DNA of 44,950 nucleotides. Origin: a virus. Shown here piece by piece: positions 31,591-40,441 of this stretch. The stretch covers positions 1 through 44,950 of IMG/VR virus record IMGVR_UViG_3300034069_000108; one strand, written 5' to 3'. Each line of letters opens with the position of its first letter. The stretch's first letter is position 1. A model generated the notes under the pieces. That model saw only the letters and a list, made by a program, of their open reading frames with translations. It was not told the DNA's origin and made no database searches. The translations under genes and the position numbers were made by a program.

Positions 31591-33228
31591 TTAGTCTTTA
31601 GAGTACATTTCGAACTCGTTACCGGCAGCGGAGCCCCCTTTCTCAAACACGTCAGAAAGCTCCTTAGACAGCTCTTCCAGCACGCCTGTGACTTCGTTGT
31701 ACCAGAGGTAGCAGGCAGGGCCAGTTCGTCCGCAAAAGCGGTTCTTCTCGACGATTAGATGGGTTACATTACGACGCCACGGATCGGGGTCCGTCTTGTC
31801 ACGATGCAGCTTAACAACAATGTTGGCGATCTGTTCGGGACCCGCAGACCCACGAATTTCACCAGCACGATTGACGTGAATGACAGCCCCAACCCAGACG
31901 TTGAGGTTCATACACAGCATCTTCAGCTTGGTGCTGATTTCATCGAGTTGCTTTCGCTCGTCTCCACTATGATCTGACACAACGATGCTGAGGTGATCCA
32001 GCACAATATAGCTACACCCGAGTGCGGCCATATGTCGAATCTTAGCGAGAACAGCGTCGACGTCGTTAGCACCAAAATGGTCCCAAATAACCACCCGACG
32101 ATGGTTGATGACTTTGTCAAAGTACTCTTTCAACTCGGCCTCAGTACGATCCGTGTCGGGAAGATGGTAAGGCTTCTTAGCCTCAACAGACATCAAGCCC
32201 ATAATCGTGTCGTAGTTTGGCTCTTCGAGGTGAAGAATGCCGACCCCTTCTCCGGCTTCAATCAGCTCAGGGTTCATCAAAAGACTGTGTTCGATGGCCT
32301 TCATTACGGAGGTCTTACCAACACCAGTCGCAGCCGTGAACAGCATAACCTCAGACTTGCGAAGCCCGTAAGTCATATGATTCAAACCGGCAAACGGAAG
32401 CGGAATGCTTTTCGGAACCTTGTGGTTGATGACCTCCTCCCAGAGGTCCTGACCGATCTTCAAACCGTCGGGCATGTAGGCAGGAGCGCGGAACCATTCG
32501 TCCACGTACTGCTTTTCCATGCCCTTCATCAAGTAGTCGTTTGCGTCCTTGGCGTCCTTCAGCTTGAGGATGTGGACCTTGCCGGGCTCAAACAGTTGGG
32601 CGATCTGATTAGCCGCCTTCTGTCCGGGCTCGTCATTGTCCATGCAAACAACGATCTTTTCGAAGCTGTTCAGATATTCAAAATTATCCGCACAGTTTTT
32701 CTTTGCTTCCGAAGCCGACTTAACAGAAACGCAAGGGTATCGCGAGCCAGTGAGCTGGAATCCGGCGAGGGCATCACACTCACCTTCCACAACGGTAATA
32801 GCTTTACCACCTGCCGGGAAGAGTTGCTGACCAAAGAGAGTTCCTGCTTGAACATCACCCTCCCAGTAAAAAGCCTTCTCACCTTTACGACGCACCTTGT
32901 TGGCGACGTGGGCTCCGTTCTCATCGAAATAAGGATAAACATGACCAGCAGGACTCTGTGGGTTGGTGTTGACCGTGACCTTGAACTTGTTGACAGCCCC
33001 AGCAGAAATGCCCCGGTCCTTGATGGCGATCTGTTCACCACCCGGAAGCGGGGTAAGTTGCCTGTCTGCTGCGTGTCGGACTTCGTGCTGGTCTGAAATA
33101 ACTGTGGTTCCTTTGCCGTTGCCAGAATGAAAACCACAAACAAAACAATGCTCGTGGTCTTCGTAAACTGCGAGGCCGTCGGACGAACCGCACTCCCCGC
33201 ACTTGGTATGTTTGATGAACTTACTCAT
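31591..33228 (-). CDS. bifunctional primase-helicase (T7 gp4-like)
   Basis: Zn finger CGECGS...CFVCG, TOPRIM VVEGECDALA...DNDEPG, DnaB-type Walker A TAATGVGKTS, Walker B IVLDHL. Confidence 0.93.
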   Translation of the reverse strand: MSKFIKHTKCGECGSSDGLAVYEDHEHCFVCGFHSGNGKGTTVISDQHEVRHAADRQLTPLPGGEQIAIKDRGISAGAVNKFKVTVNTNPQSPAGHVYPYFDENGAHVANKVRRKGEKAFYWEGDVQAGTLFGQQLFPAGGKAITVVEGECDALAGFQLTGSRYPCVSVKSASEAKKNCADNFEYLNSFEKIVVCMDNDEPGQKAANQIAQLFEPGKVHILKLKDAKDANDYLMKGMEKQYVDEWFRAPAYMPDGLKIGQDLWEEVINHKVPKSIPLPFAGLNHMTYGLRKSEVMLFTAATGVGKTSVMKAIEHSLLMNPELIEAGEGVGILHLEEPNYDTIMGLMSVEAKKPYHLPDTDRTEAELKEYFDKVINHRRVVIWDHFGANDVDAVLAKIRHMAALGCSYIVLDHLSIVVSDHSGDERKQLDEISTKLKMLCMNLNVWVGAVIHVNRAGEIRGSAGPEQIANIVVKLHRDKTDPDPWRRNVTHLIVEKNRFCGRTGPACYLWYNEVTGVLEELSKELSDVFEKGGSAAGNEFEMYSKD

Positions 33229-33654
33229 TTAGAACATGTCGATCCACCGCTTGAGGTCAGGGACAGGAACCAGAGGGTCAACCACACGAAAGCCCACAAA
33301 GCCAGTACCGGAGTCTGCGATCGCCTGAAACACCTTGATCCGGTCGTCCTTGTTGAGAAGGTTGAGGGCTCGTGCTGCTTCGGTTGCAAAGACGTACCGG
33401 TTGAAGAAGTCTTCGTCTTCCGTTACGATGTAGTTCTCTTGTCCCTTGCGGAAGGCAGTGAACCGTCCTGCAAACTCGTAGTCGCCACACGGTTCCCAAC
33501 CGTCGTCCAGAAGAGCCGACTGCCAGTCATGGTAGCCATTGACCAGAAAGACAGTGTCGTTGTCGGTGTCCTTCGGAGGTGGGTTGCAGATGTAACGAGA
33601 ACCAGTGGGCTGGCTTCGGAAAACTACGTCTTCGAACTTAACATTTTCTGTCAT
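33229..33654 (-). CDS. hypothetical protein, 141 aa
   Basis: ORF track. TAAATG and ATGA junctions with its neighbours. Confidence 0.7.
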   Translation of the reverse strand: MTENVKFEDVVFRSQPTGSRYICNPPPKDTDNDTVFLVNGYHDWQSALLDDGWEPCGDYEFAGRFTAFRKGQENYIVTEDEDFFNRYVFATEAARALNLLNKDDRIKVFQAIADSGTGFVGFRVVDPLVPVPDLKRWIDMF

Positions 33655-34178
33655 ACCAAACCTCGTTCTTTCAGAATGTCGTCCAACATGATGGGTCGAA
33701 AATTAGTACGCTCGACACAGGCACAGAAGTACCGTGGATCAGGCTTGCCTAGTGGCAGACCTACTTGATTGCTGTGCAAGTGACCATGAATATTTAGCTT
33801 CCATCGGGCCAGTGACTGTTCGTGGATCGGAATGTGGGACATAATAAATCCCTTCTTCACGATGTAACCACGAACGTCGTCAAACACTTCGGCGTACTGA
33901 CGCATCTTAGTCGGCTCGTGATTACCGGGGACCAGAACCTTACGGCCCTTAAGACGCCCGACTGTCTCACGAATCTTCACCGCACTGAATGCAACGTCAC
34001 CAAGAATGTAGACCCTGTCCTTGTCGTCAACCATTTCGTTGTACCACTGGATCATGTCTTCGGTCATCTGCCCAGCGTCGTCCCAAGGACGGACCTTTGT
34101 GCCGTCGAAATTGGTGAATTTACAGATGTTCTCATGGTAGAAGTGAGGATCAGAATAGACCCAAGTGGTTCCGCTCAT
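33651..34178 (-). CDS. calcineurin-like metallophosphoesterase
   Basis: Motifs SDPHFYH, ILGDVAF, VPGNHE, GHLH. Confidence 0.8.
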   Translation of the reverse strand: MSGTTWVYSDPHFYHENICKFTNFDGTKVRPWDDAGQMTEDMIQWYNEMVDDKDRVYILGDVAFSAVKIRETVGRLKGRKVLVPGNHEPTKMRQYAEVFDDVRGYIVKKGFIMSHIPIHEQSLARWKLNIHGHLHSNQVGLPLGKPDPRYFCACVERTNFRPIMLDDILKERGLV

Positions 34179-34184
34179 ACTATT

Positions 34185-34213
34185 ATCCTACAGACTTTTC
34201 ACAGATTTGTCAA
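34185..34213 (-). promoter_or_regulatory. candidate promoter (TTGACA-17 nt-TAGGAT) abutting the phosphoesterase ATG
   Basis: The reverse complement reads ttgaca aatctgtgaaaagtctg taggat aatagt ATG. It would imply a near-leaderless mRNA. Confidence 0.25.
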
Positions 34214-34219
34214 GCCCTT

Positions 34220-34360
34220 TTAGGCCCGACCGCTGATCTTGGCATAGATCGACAAAACAATCAACCAGAGGATGAGGGCAATAGGAAAGCCGATGATGGC
34301 CCCCTGAACAGGACCCCGGGTGAGTGCCGGAATCGTCTCTTCGTGGCGGTGCAGGCTCAC
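34220..34360 (-). CDS. hypothetical small membrane protein, 46 aa (GTG start; ..AIIGFPIALILWLIVLSIYA..)
   Basis: GTGA overlap with the upstream stop. One clear TM helix. Confidence 0.3.
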   Translation of the reverse strand: MSLHRHEETIPALTRGPVQGAIIGFPIALILWLIVLSIYAKISGRA

Positions 34361-34581
34361 TTGGCTACCACCCGGTAAGCGACACAGAACTTGCCGTTCA
34401 CCCAGCGCCGACCCACACTGTCGAGGTAAGCCTCGCTGACGGAGTCCATTCGGTTGACCCATTCGTTGGTCTTTTCGTCCAAGGTTTGCACCTTAAACGT
34501 CTTCGGAGTGTTCTTTGACATAGTAAGTTTCCTGTACTGTTCGTTGCGTTGGTTGACGTAAGCCTGAGTGGTGTCACTCAT
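34357..34581 (-). CDS. hypothetical protein, 74 aa (MSDTTQAYVNQRNEQYRKL...)
   Basis: The ATG is embedded in the upstream stop context (TATGAGTGA). The ORF track shows a longer version. Confidence 0.45.
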   Translation of the reverse strand: MSDTTQAYVNQRNEQYRKLTMSKNTPKTFKVQTLDEKTNEWVNRMDSVSEAYLDSVGRRWVNGKFCVAYRVVAK

Positions 34582-34870
34582 AGCTGTCCTCATTGTGGAA
34601 CGGAAGCTTGTACTGGTCAGGGTGACTGTGCCACGAGCCGACCTCAAGGGTTTCAACGTCAGAGTCAACGTCAAGGTCCCCAAGCTCTTCGAACTTCTCT
34701 TCGTCACCACGAACAAAACCGTCCGTGTAAGCCGCCTCCATTGCAGCTTCAAGACAGGTAGAACAAGGCTCGAATGCCCCGGTGCCGGGAAGCTTGCCGC
34801 CTTCCTTGTTCCAAACTACTTCGGTCTCAGACAGACCACGGTCGCAGACATGACAGTTCAACTGAACCAT
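34574..34870 (-). CDS. zinc-ribbon protein with a long acidic C-terminal tail ending in Glu (98 aa)
   Basis: CHVCD...CSTC, then GDEEKFEELGDLDVDSDVETLE...FHNEDSYE. ATG 5 nt after GAAAGGA. First gene after the promoter at 34927-34954. Confidence 0.6.
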   Translation of the reverse strand: MVQLNCHVCDRGLSETEVVWNKEGGKLPGTGAFEPCSTCLEAAMEAAYTDGFVRGDEEKFEELGDLDVDSDVETLEVGSWHSHPDQYKLPFHNEDSYE

Positions 34871-34886
34871 TCCTTTCAATTTAATT

Positions 34887-34922
34887 GACTTAGGGAGGGG
34901 GTTTACCGGCCTAAGCTCTTAA
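34887..34922 (-). promoter_or_regulatory. conserved 5' leader element, copy 1 (TTAAGAGCTTAGGCCGGTAAACCCCCTCCCTAAGTC)
   Basis: Begins 4 nt after the -10 box. About 30 of 36 positions are shared with the copy at 43472-43506. Contains a CCUCCC anti-SD-like run. CTTAGG/CCTAAG can pair. Confidence 0.5.
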
Positions 34923-34926
34923 CCTT

Positions 34927-34954
34927 ATTATACCACAGATTACGAATCTGTCAA
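34927..34954 (-). promoter_or_regulatory. consensus sigma70 promoter (TTGACA-16 nt-TATAAT with an extended TGn)
   Basis: The reverse complement reads ttgaca gattcgtaatctgtgg tataat. Confidence 0.75.
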
Positions 34955-34957
34955 GCT

Positions 34958-35233
34958 TTAAATTACGTCATTGAGGTCGTCGTCCGTCAGGGCCCAAGGA
35001 AGGTCCTTGAAAACCTGACGCTGAAGACGGGCAATGAGAAGGTACTCACGGAGGTGTCCGCTGCGACGAAGAAAGAAGAAGTCGCCAAGGGCTTCCATCT
35101 CGTCATCGTAAGCCAGATGGACGTCCCACTTGTCGTCAATCTCAAGCTGGTCACGAATTGCTTTGTCACCAACACGAGAAAGAAGAACGAACTTCTTGAC
35201 GAGATTGTTCTCAAGAATGACCTGAGTTGCCAT
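34958..35233 (-). CDS. hypothetical protein, 91 aa; last gene of the amidoligase operon
   Basis: ORF track. 15 nt downstream of the ATP-grasp stop. Confidence 0.65.
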   Translation of the reverse strand: MATQVILENNLVKKFVLLSRVGDKAIRDQLEIDDKWDVHLAYDDEMEALGDFFFLRRSGHLREYLLIARLQRQVFKDLPWALTDDDLNDVI

Positions 35234-35248
35234 CTGACTTACCTTAGC

Positions 35249-36022
35249 TTAGAGAAAGCGCTGAAAAGCTTCGACGTACTTCTCAGCCGTCCGCTCTTCA
35301 AGGCCACATGCCGTGTTGATTTCGAGGACGTAAGCCTGCTGTTCACGCTCGTTCCACATGACGTCCACACCACCGAAGTCGAGGTTCAAGGCTGCTGCTG
35401 CGTCAACTGCCTGCTGGATCACGTCGGCCGGAACGTCCTCGACTTGGACTTCAACAAACGCGAAACCGCCAGCAAGGTTGCGAACCTGCCAGTTAGGGTT
35501 TTCGTTGTCGAGCTTGCGGGCCTTACGCTGTACGAAGAAGGCACCCCCATTGAGAACATGAACACGGAACTCGTCCTTCTTCTTGACGTACTGAGTGTAA
35601 AGCGGTGCGTCGACCACCTCGTCCGGCGTGTTGGCCATAACGATGCCCGCACCACTGTGGCCGTTCAGCTTGGTGCGACAGACCACGACCGTGCCCCAGC
35701 CTACCGCAACAGCCCGCTCCTGACTAAACTCTGGTACTCGGACACCGGCTTCCTGAAGCGCATTGAACGAAGTGAGCTTGCACGACGCTGCCTTAACGGC
35801 TTCAGGGGCGTTGAGCCGGGTGGCGGCCGGAAAAACAGGACAACCAGAAGCACCCCAGTTAATAACCAAGTCACCAGCTCGGGGGTTGTACTTACTTCCG
35901 ACATGCTTGAGGACCTTTCCGCCCATTGCTTCGGCCAGCTTCTTCGCACTGGCACTGCCCTGATTGTAAGGATAAACGCGGACCACGGGACCACGTGCAA
36001 CCTTGTTCTGCTTCTTAATCAT
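35249..36022 (-). CDS. ATP-grasp ligase (RimK-like, phage type; 257 aa)
   Basis: Short pre-ATP-grasp region, then VVCRTKLNGHSGAGIVM, YVKKKDEFRVHV and FGGVDVMWN..AYVLEINTACGL, which resemble the ATP-grasp core and Mg-binding E-N. Confidence 0.8.
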   Translation of the reverse strand: MIKKQNKVARGPVVRVYPYNQGSASAKKLAEAMGGKVLKHVGSKYNPRAGDLVINWGASGCPVFPAATRLNAPEAVKAASCKLTSFNALQEAGVRVPEFSQERAVAVGWGTVVVCRTKLNGHSGAGIVMANTPDEVVDAPLYTQYVKKKDEFRVHVLNGGAFFVQRKARKLDNENPNWQVRNLAGGFAFVEVQVEDVPADVIQQAVDAAAALNLDFGGVDVMWNEREQQAYVLEINTACGLEERTAEKYVEAFQRFL

Positions 36023-36051
36023 CGTACTTCACTCCAAACTTGTGTGTTCTA

Positions 36052-37284
36052 TCAGTCTTCTTCGTCGAGGTCGTCACGAAGCGGGACAAGAGCTTCGAAG
36101 TCGACAGGACGGGCGTGCTGGGGTTCGTCCCATGCCTGAAGAAGACGGGCGCGTTCCTGTGCTGCCTGCATCATGCGTTCTTCCGCGTTCCGTACGTTAG
36201 CCGCTGCCTCAGCAAAACCGTCACCGAGGCGTACGTTCACCATTCCTTCCGGGTTGAAAAGAACACGTCCCGGAGCCTGACGAACACGGTTGACACGCGC
36301 TGCCGGACGGCCTCGCTGCGCCGCAAGAAGTGCTGGATCGACATCGAGAGCCGGTTCTTCATCACCAGCGAACGAGGCCCAAAAGTCGCGACCCCTAAGA
36401 CGCACCTGATCGAACTCGGTCCCGATGCGGTAACAGAGCATCTGCACCATGCGAAGACCTTCGTAAATCGAACCGCTGATGAGGTCGTCATTCAGGTTTG
36501 CCGTCAGAGCGTCGTAAGACTTGCGGCTGAACACTTCACGAAGAAAGCCCTTCGGCGTCTTGACCGAAATGTCTTCGATCAGGGTGGCCGGGTTCTTCAT
36601 CGTGTAACAAGCGTACTGACAGAACTCGTTCAGAATGTCGAGCCAAGCCAGAATGTCGGTCTTGTTGTCAAGCCCACGCATTGCACGGAACTCGACGGTG
36701 CCGAACTTGTTGATCGACGCCATGTTAAGCGAACAGTACCGCTGGTCCTCACGAAGAGTGCCGAACGACTGATGCTTGAACACTGCTTCCATCACCCAGT
36801 TGACCTGCTCTTCGGCGTGACGACTCGAAAGACAGAACAGGTTGCCCTTGCGGTCTTCACCACAGTAAGCGTCCAGAATGTCCTCAAGGATCGTGAACAG
36901 AATGAACAGATTGACGAGCTGGTACGCGCTCTTGTCGCCCATGTTGAAGTGGACGTGGAACGAAGTGCGATTCGAACACACGAGCTTGGCCTTGCGACCT
37001 TCGAAGTAGGTGAACAGCTTTTCGACACGGTCCACGCACTTTTCGTACTTGACAGGCCCGTTGAAGACCCACTCACAGCACGAGCCATGATGAGCACGAA
37101 GAGACCCGTCGTTGTGCGGAGCCCAGTCCTTCATCAGCTCAACACCTGCCTCCGACCCGTCGAAGTCCACGTTGCGACCTTCGCACTCCAACTCAAGGCC
37201 GAACACGTCTCCCTGCTTTGCACCACGACCCATACGAGTGACTGCCGGAACAGGGCTATTCAGAAAGTCTTGCAGCTTGGTCAC
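36052..37284 (-). CDS. glutamine-synthetase-like amidoligase (Amidoligase_2 family; 410 aa)
   Basis: FGLELECEG...HNDGSLR...CEWVF...SFHVHFNMG and FGTVEFRAMRG resemble the family core. Confidence 0.8.
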   Translation of the reverse strand: MTKLQDFLNSPVPAVTRMGRGAKQGDVFGLELECEGRNVDFDGSEAGVELMKDWAPHNDGSLRAHHGSCCEWVFNGPVKYEKCVDRVEKLFTYFEGRKAKLVCSNRTSFHVHFNMGDKSAYQLVNLFILFTILEDILDAYCGEDRKGNLFCLSSRHAEEQVNWVMEAVFKHQSFGTLREDQRYCSLNMASINKFGTVEFRAMRGLDNKTDILAWLDILNEFCQYACYTMKNPATLIEDISVKTPKGFLREVFSRKSYDALTANLNDDLISGSIYEGLRMVQMLCYRIGTEFDQVRLRGRDFWASFAGDEEPALDVDPALLAAQRGRPAARVNRVRQAPGRVLFNPEGMVNVRLGDGFAEAAANVRNAEERMMQAAQERARLLQAWDEPQHARPVDFEALVPLRDDLDEED

Positions 37285-37451
37285 TTCGTGTTACTCCTTA
37301 GATATTCTTCTAGAGCTTTTTCAGCCGTCTCTCTGGCCGTTTCTGCCCTAATTTCGTCCATACAGTTGTTGCCTCTGCTGGAAAGAATTTCCCAGACAGC
37401 AGCTTTTCTGTACTCGGCCATCAGTTGCTTTAAGCGAGAGGAATCCGACAT
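37281..37451 (-). CDS. hypothetical helical protein, 56 aa
   Basis: ATG at 37451, 7 nt after GGAGG. Overlaps the upstream gene by 22 nt and the next gene by a GTGA junction. Confidence 0.5.
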   Translation of the reverse strand: MSDSSRLKQLMAEYRKAAVWEILSSRGNNCMDEIRAETARETAEKALEEYLRSNTK

Positions 37452-38098
37452 TCTTCTGCCTCCTGCTTCAGAAAGTGGAACTTCGGGGGAAGTCGTAGCG
37501 CCTTGTCGTCCTTGAGAGCGATGCCGCACTTGACACCCTTGTGCATCAGAAGCAGTGCTTCCAAGTCGTGGTCGATTGCCAGAGCAAAGGTCCGCGAAAT
37601 GGCCACCGAACTGTGTTCCGCGTCACCAAGAAGCTCGCCCACGTCAGCAAACGTCGGGTACTTGCCGTTCACCATGTCGACGAAGCCCTGAGAAGCGATA
37701 ACCGACGCAAAGGAAACGTCGTCGTCCCGGTTGCCACGAATGTTCGTCAGCTTAAGCGTCTTGGAGTTGAGCCCCTGCTGATTTTGACGGACCGGGCTGC
37801 GGCTGGCGTAAAGAGCCTTGCCCTTGAAGTTAAGGTAGCCCATCTTGAACGGCGCAAGGTCGAAGTTGCGAGACGAAAGGTACTTACGCACTTCCTTCTG
37901 CTCCGGGCCGCCAAAACCACGAGTCTGGTAAGGCAGTTCGACGAAGAAGACGCGAGCCACTTCCTTCTTGTCTTCGGCTCCGTCAATTTCCTTGACACGA
38001 GTGATGTAAACGGGCTTGCCGTCGTACATGACCACCGTGTTGGCGAGACGGAAGTTGACCTCTTCCAGCGTCTCGTACTTGTCACCCTTGAGGCTCAT
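37430..38098 (-). CDS. conserved-looking hypothetical protein, 222 aa, inside the amidoligase operon
   Basis: ORF track; AAGGAAG SD. I recognise no motif. Confidence 0.75.
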   Translation of the reverse strand: MSLKGDKYETLEEVNFRLANTVVMYDGKPVYITRVKEIDGAEDKKEVARVFFVELPYQTRGFGGPEQKEVRKYLSSRNFDLAPFKMGYLNFKGKALYASRSPVRQNQQGLNSKTLKLTNIRGNRDDDVSFASVIASQGFVDMVNGKYPTFADVGELLGDAEHSSVAISRTFALAIDHDLEALLLMHKGVKCGIALKDDKALRLPPKFHFLKQEAEECRIPLA

Positions 38099-38116
38099 GG
38101 GTACGCTTCCTTGTGC

Positions 38117-38950
38117 TTAGAGTTCGCGGGCTGCGAGGTAGGCTTCACGGCCACCGCACTTGGCGAGGTAGTCCTTCAGATAGTACTCAGCCGAGTAGGT
38201 GTCGGACTGGTTGATGATCTGCTGAAGAACGTCTTCGCCGACGATGTTGAGTGCCCGCTTGCCAGCCATCAGGTCCTGCACGGCCTTGACGGTCTGATTG
38301 AAGACGAACTTCATCCGCTTTTCGTTGAGCAACCACGCATTCGAAAGGACGCGGTACTCGACACCGTACGACTTCGGGCGGAAGGCTCCGGCCTTGCCGT
38401 ACATGCCGCGGCGCTTCGTGTCCTTGTCGAACATCAGGCTGGGCAGGCCGAGGTAAGCGTCGAGCTGCTTGACCAGAGTGGCACACCGAATCATGTGGTC
38501 GTCGGACGTGGGGTCAGCACCCTGACAGAAGCCGATGTGAACGTGACCGCTGGCCGTACGCATCGTGGTCTGATTGTCCGGTCGCGGGTTGGCACCGAGG
38601 GTGTAAGCGTTGAAGTCGGGCTCGCAGCCCAGCTCCTTGGCTTCGTCCGGCTGAGCACGGAAGTGATTGCCGTTGAACCGCGCCGAAGGAACGATAGCGA
38701 AGTTGTAGTCCGGAACCATGTCCTGCATCTGCTTCATGACCGTGGTGATGTTGGTCACAAAGTCGTCGGCGTTGTCCACGGCGTCGATGTTGAACTCAAG
38801 TGCCATGCCGTCGACCTGAACCGCGCCCTTGTCGACCTTGTGCGGGTTCGCCTTGGTGCCGGGAATCAGGCCGTGTGCGCTGCGGAACTGGCCTTCCTTG
38901 TTGGTGACGAACAGTTCAGGGTCGGCACCGATGGTGATCTGAAGAGTCAT
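38117..38950 (-). CDS. phiEco32-type COOH-NH2 ligase (GCS2-like carboxylate-amine ligase; 277 aa)
   Basis: N-terminal ITIGADPELFV and the following layout match my memory of the COOH-NH2_lig family. AAGGAA SD. Confidence 0.78.
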   Translation of the reverse strand: MTLQITIGADPELFVTNKEGQFRSAHGLIPGTKANPHKVDKGAVQVDGMALEFNIDAVDNADDFVTNITTVMKQMQDMVPDYNFAIVPSARFNGNHFRAQPDEAKELGCEPDFNAYTLGANPRPDNQTTMRTASGHVHIGFCQGADPTSDDHMIRCATLVKQLDAYLGLPSLMFDKDTKRRGMYGKAGAFRPKSYGVEYRVLSNAWLLNEKRMKFVFNQTVKAVQDLMAGKRALNIVGEDVLQQIINQSDTYSAEYYLKDYLAKCGGREAYLAAREL

Positions 38951-38986
38951 GTTGAAGTTATTCCTTGCTAACAGAAAAATGCGGTT

Positions 38987-40264
38987 TTAATGGATGGAAA
39001 CAGCAGCCTTGGGCTCTTCATGAGCCGGATGGGAGCCGTCGAGGCACTTCTTGCAGACCGGACGACCCGGAGCCAACCACGCAAACCTGTCGTTCACGCC
39101 GATGTGTTCCAGTTCGCACCAGCTACAACCCGCGTCGAGGTCGTCACGAAGCTGATTCAGGGTCAGAGCCTTGCCCTGATACCCTTTGTAAGTCTTCCGT
39201 GCGTCGTCGATCGAAACAACCTTGTTACCCGTACCGTCGGGCAGGGCCAGCGTCGATCCAGTTTCGCTCTTCGGGGGTTGCTTCTCGCCAGAATCGCTTG
39301 TCGGGGTCCCAGATGGCGAAGTCGAAGTCAGCGGGGGAGTTCCTTTCTCCACCCACATTCGGCGGGTCGAGTCGTAAACCTTCCCCTCCAGCGTCCGGTT
39401 GCCGTACGACCCCGTTATCGGATGTGTGCTGCTCTGGCTGCTTGTTTGAGTCGTCGACGTTCCTTGCGGGTGAGGGTTCGTCGTGTTGTTGGGTCCACCC
39501 CGTCCACCAGTCGGTTGAAAAAAACCAGCGGTCTGCTTGCCGACCACGCCTCCTTCACGCTCGATGGTCAGCTCTTCGTTGTACTTGGTCGGAGCCGGAA
39601 TCTTGTAAAGCGTGTCTTCCGTGAAGGCGTAAACCTTGTCTTCGTGGAGCTTCAGATCGGACCGGCTGGTCGCAACCTTAATCATCCAGATTTCCGAAGC
39701 CCAGAACAGGGTCTTCTTGTCGTCCGACCACGCATAGAACAGGGTGCGTTCCTTGTTACGAACGATCCGCAGTTCTTCGGCGATGTGGTCGTAGTACGTG
39801 AGAGCCCACGCACCTTCGGCCTTGGCGATGGCAGCCTTGACGCCGTTGATGGCGATTTCGTTGTACAAGGCTTCAGAGTCCGTCCCGAAACGATTGTGGT
39901 CGGTCAGGGCATGCTTGTTCTTGAGGGTGCCGTTGTGAGCGCCAACCACCAAGCAACCCCCGTCCTCGTCGTCGATGGCGAAAGGATGAGCGTTGGTCTT
40001 GATGTTCTTGCCGATGGTGCCTGCACGGTTGTGGCCGATCCAGACGAAGTCGTTCAGCTTGAGATGTTCTGCCAGCTTGGGACCTTCGGTGAACTCGTAA
40101 CCCGGAACCGTCTGCTTGAGGATGGCAGTGTCCGCATTGTGACGGATGGCAGCGACGCCGGTCGAGTCACGACCCCGAAACGTGTCGAGGTAAAGCATGG
40201 TGGCGAGGCAGTCCTTGTGCTTCTGAAGCATGTTGGACGACATGATGCCGACGAGACCGCACAT
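38987..40264 (-). CDS. class-II (Ntn) glutamine amidotransferase with an S/T/P/G-rich linker and a C-terminal zinc ribbon (425 aa)
   Basis: Begins MCGLVGI (catalytic Cys2). RGRDSTG, HNR and GAHNG are GATase-II-like. The linker spans about aa 250-340. C-terminal CSWCE...CKKC. Confidence 0.85.
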   Translation of the reverse strand: MCGLVGIMSSNMLQKHKDCLATMLYLDTFRGRDSTGVAAIRHNADTAILKQTVPGYEFTEGPKLAEHLKLNDFVWIGHNRAGTIGKNIKTNAHPFAIDDEDGGCLVVGAHNGTLKNKHALTDHNRFGTDSEALYNEIAINGVKAAIAKAEGAWALTYYDHIAEELRIVRNKERTLFYAWSDDKKTLFWASEIWMIKVATSRSDLKLHEDKVYAFTEDTLYKIPAPTKYNEELTIEREGGVVGKQTAGFFQPTGGRGGPNNTTNPHPQGTSTTQTSSQSSTHPITGSYGNRTLEGKVYDSTRRMWVEKGTPPLTSTSPSGTPTSDSGEKQPPKSETGSTLALPDGTGNKVVSIDDARKTYKGYQGKALTLNQLRDDLDAGCSWCELEHIGVNDRFAWLAPGRPVCKKCLDGSHPAHEEPKAAVSIH

Positions 40265-40265
40265 G

Positions 40266-40424
40266 TTACTTAATCTCCTTCTTCTGGACAGTCACCACTT
40301 CCCGTGAGACCAGTTCGAAAAGACGACGCCCTGCGTAAAGACCGCTTTCGGCGTTAGCGAGGACTTCCTTCTCGGTCTTCTTTTCCGTAAAACCGTACGG
40401 AGTTTCGTAAGTAAATTTACGCAT
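40266..40424 (-). CDS. hypothetical protein, 52 aa (MRKFTYETPYGFTEKKTEKE...)
   Basis: ATG at 40424 after AAGGG. TAACATG junction to the GATase gene. Confidence 0.45.
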   Translation of the reverse strand: MRKFTYETPYGFTEKKTEKEVLANAESGLYAGRRLFELVSREVVTVQKKEIK

Positions 40425-40441
40425 GTTCTTCGCCCTTTCGA

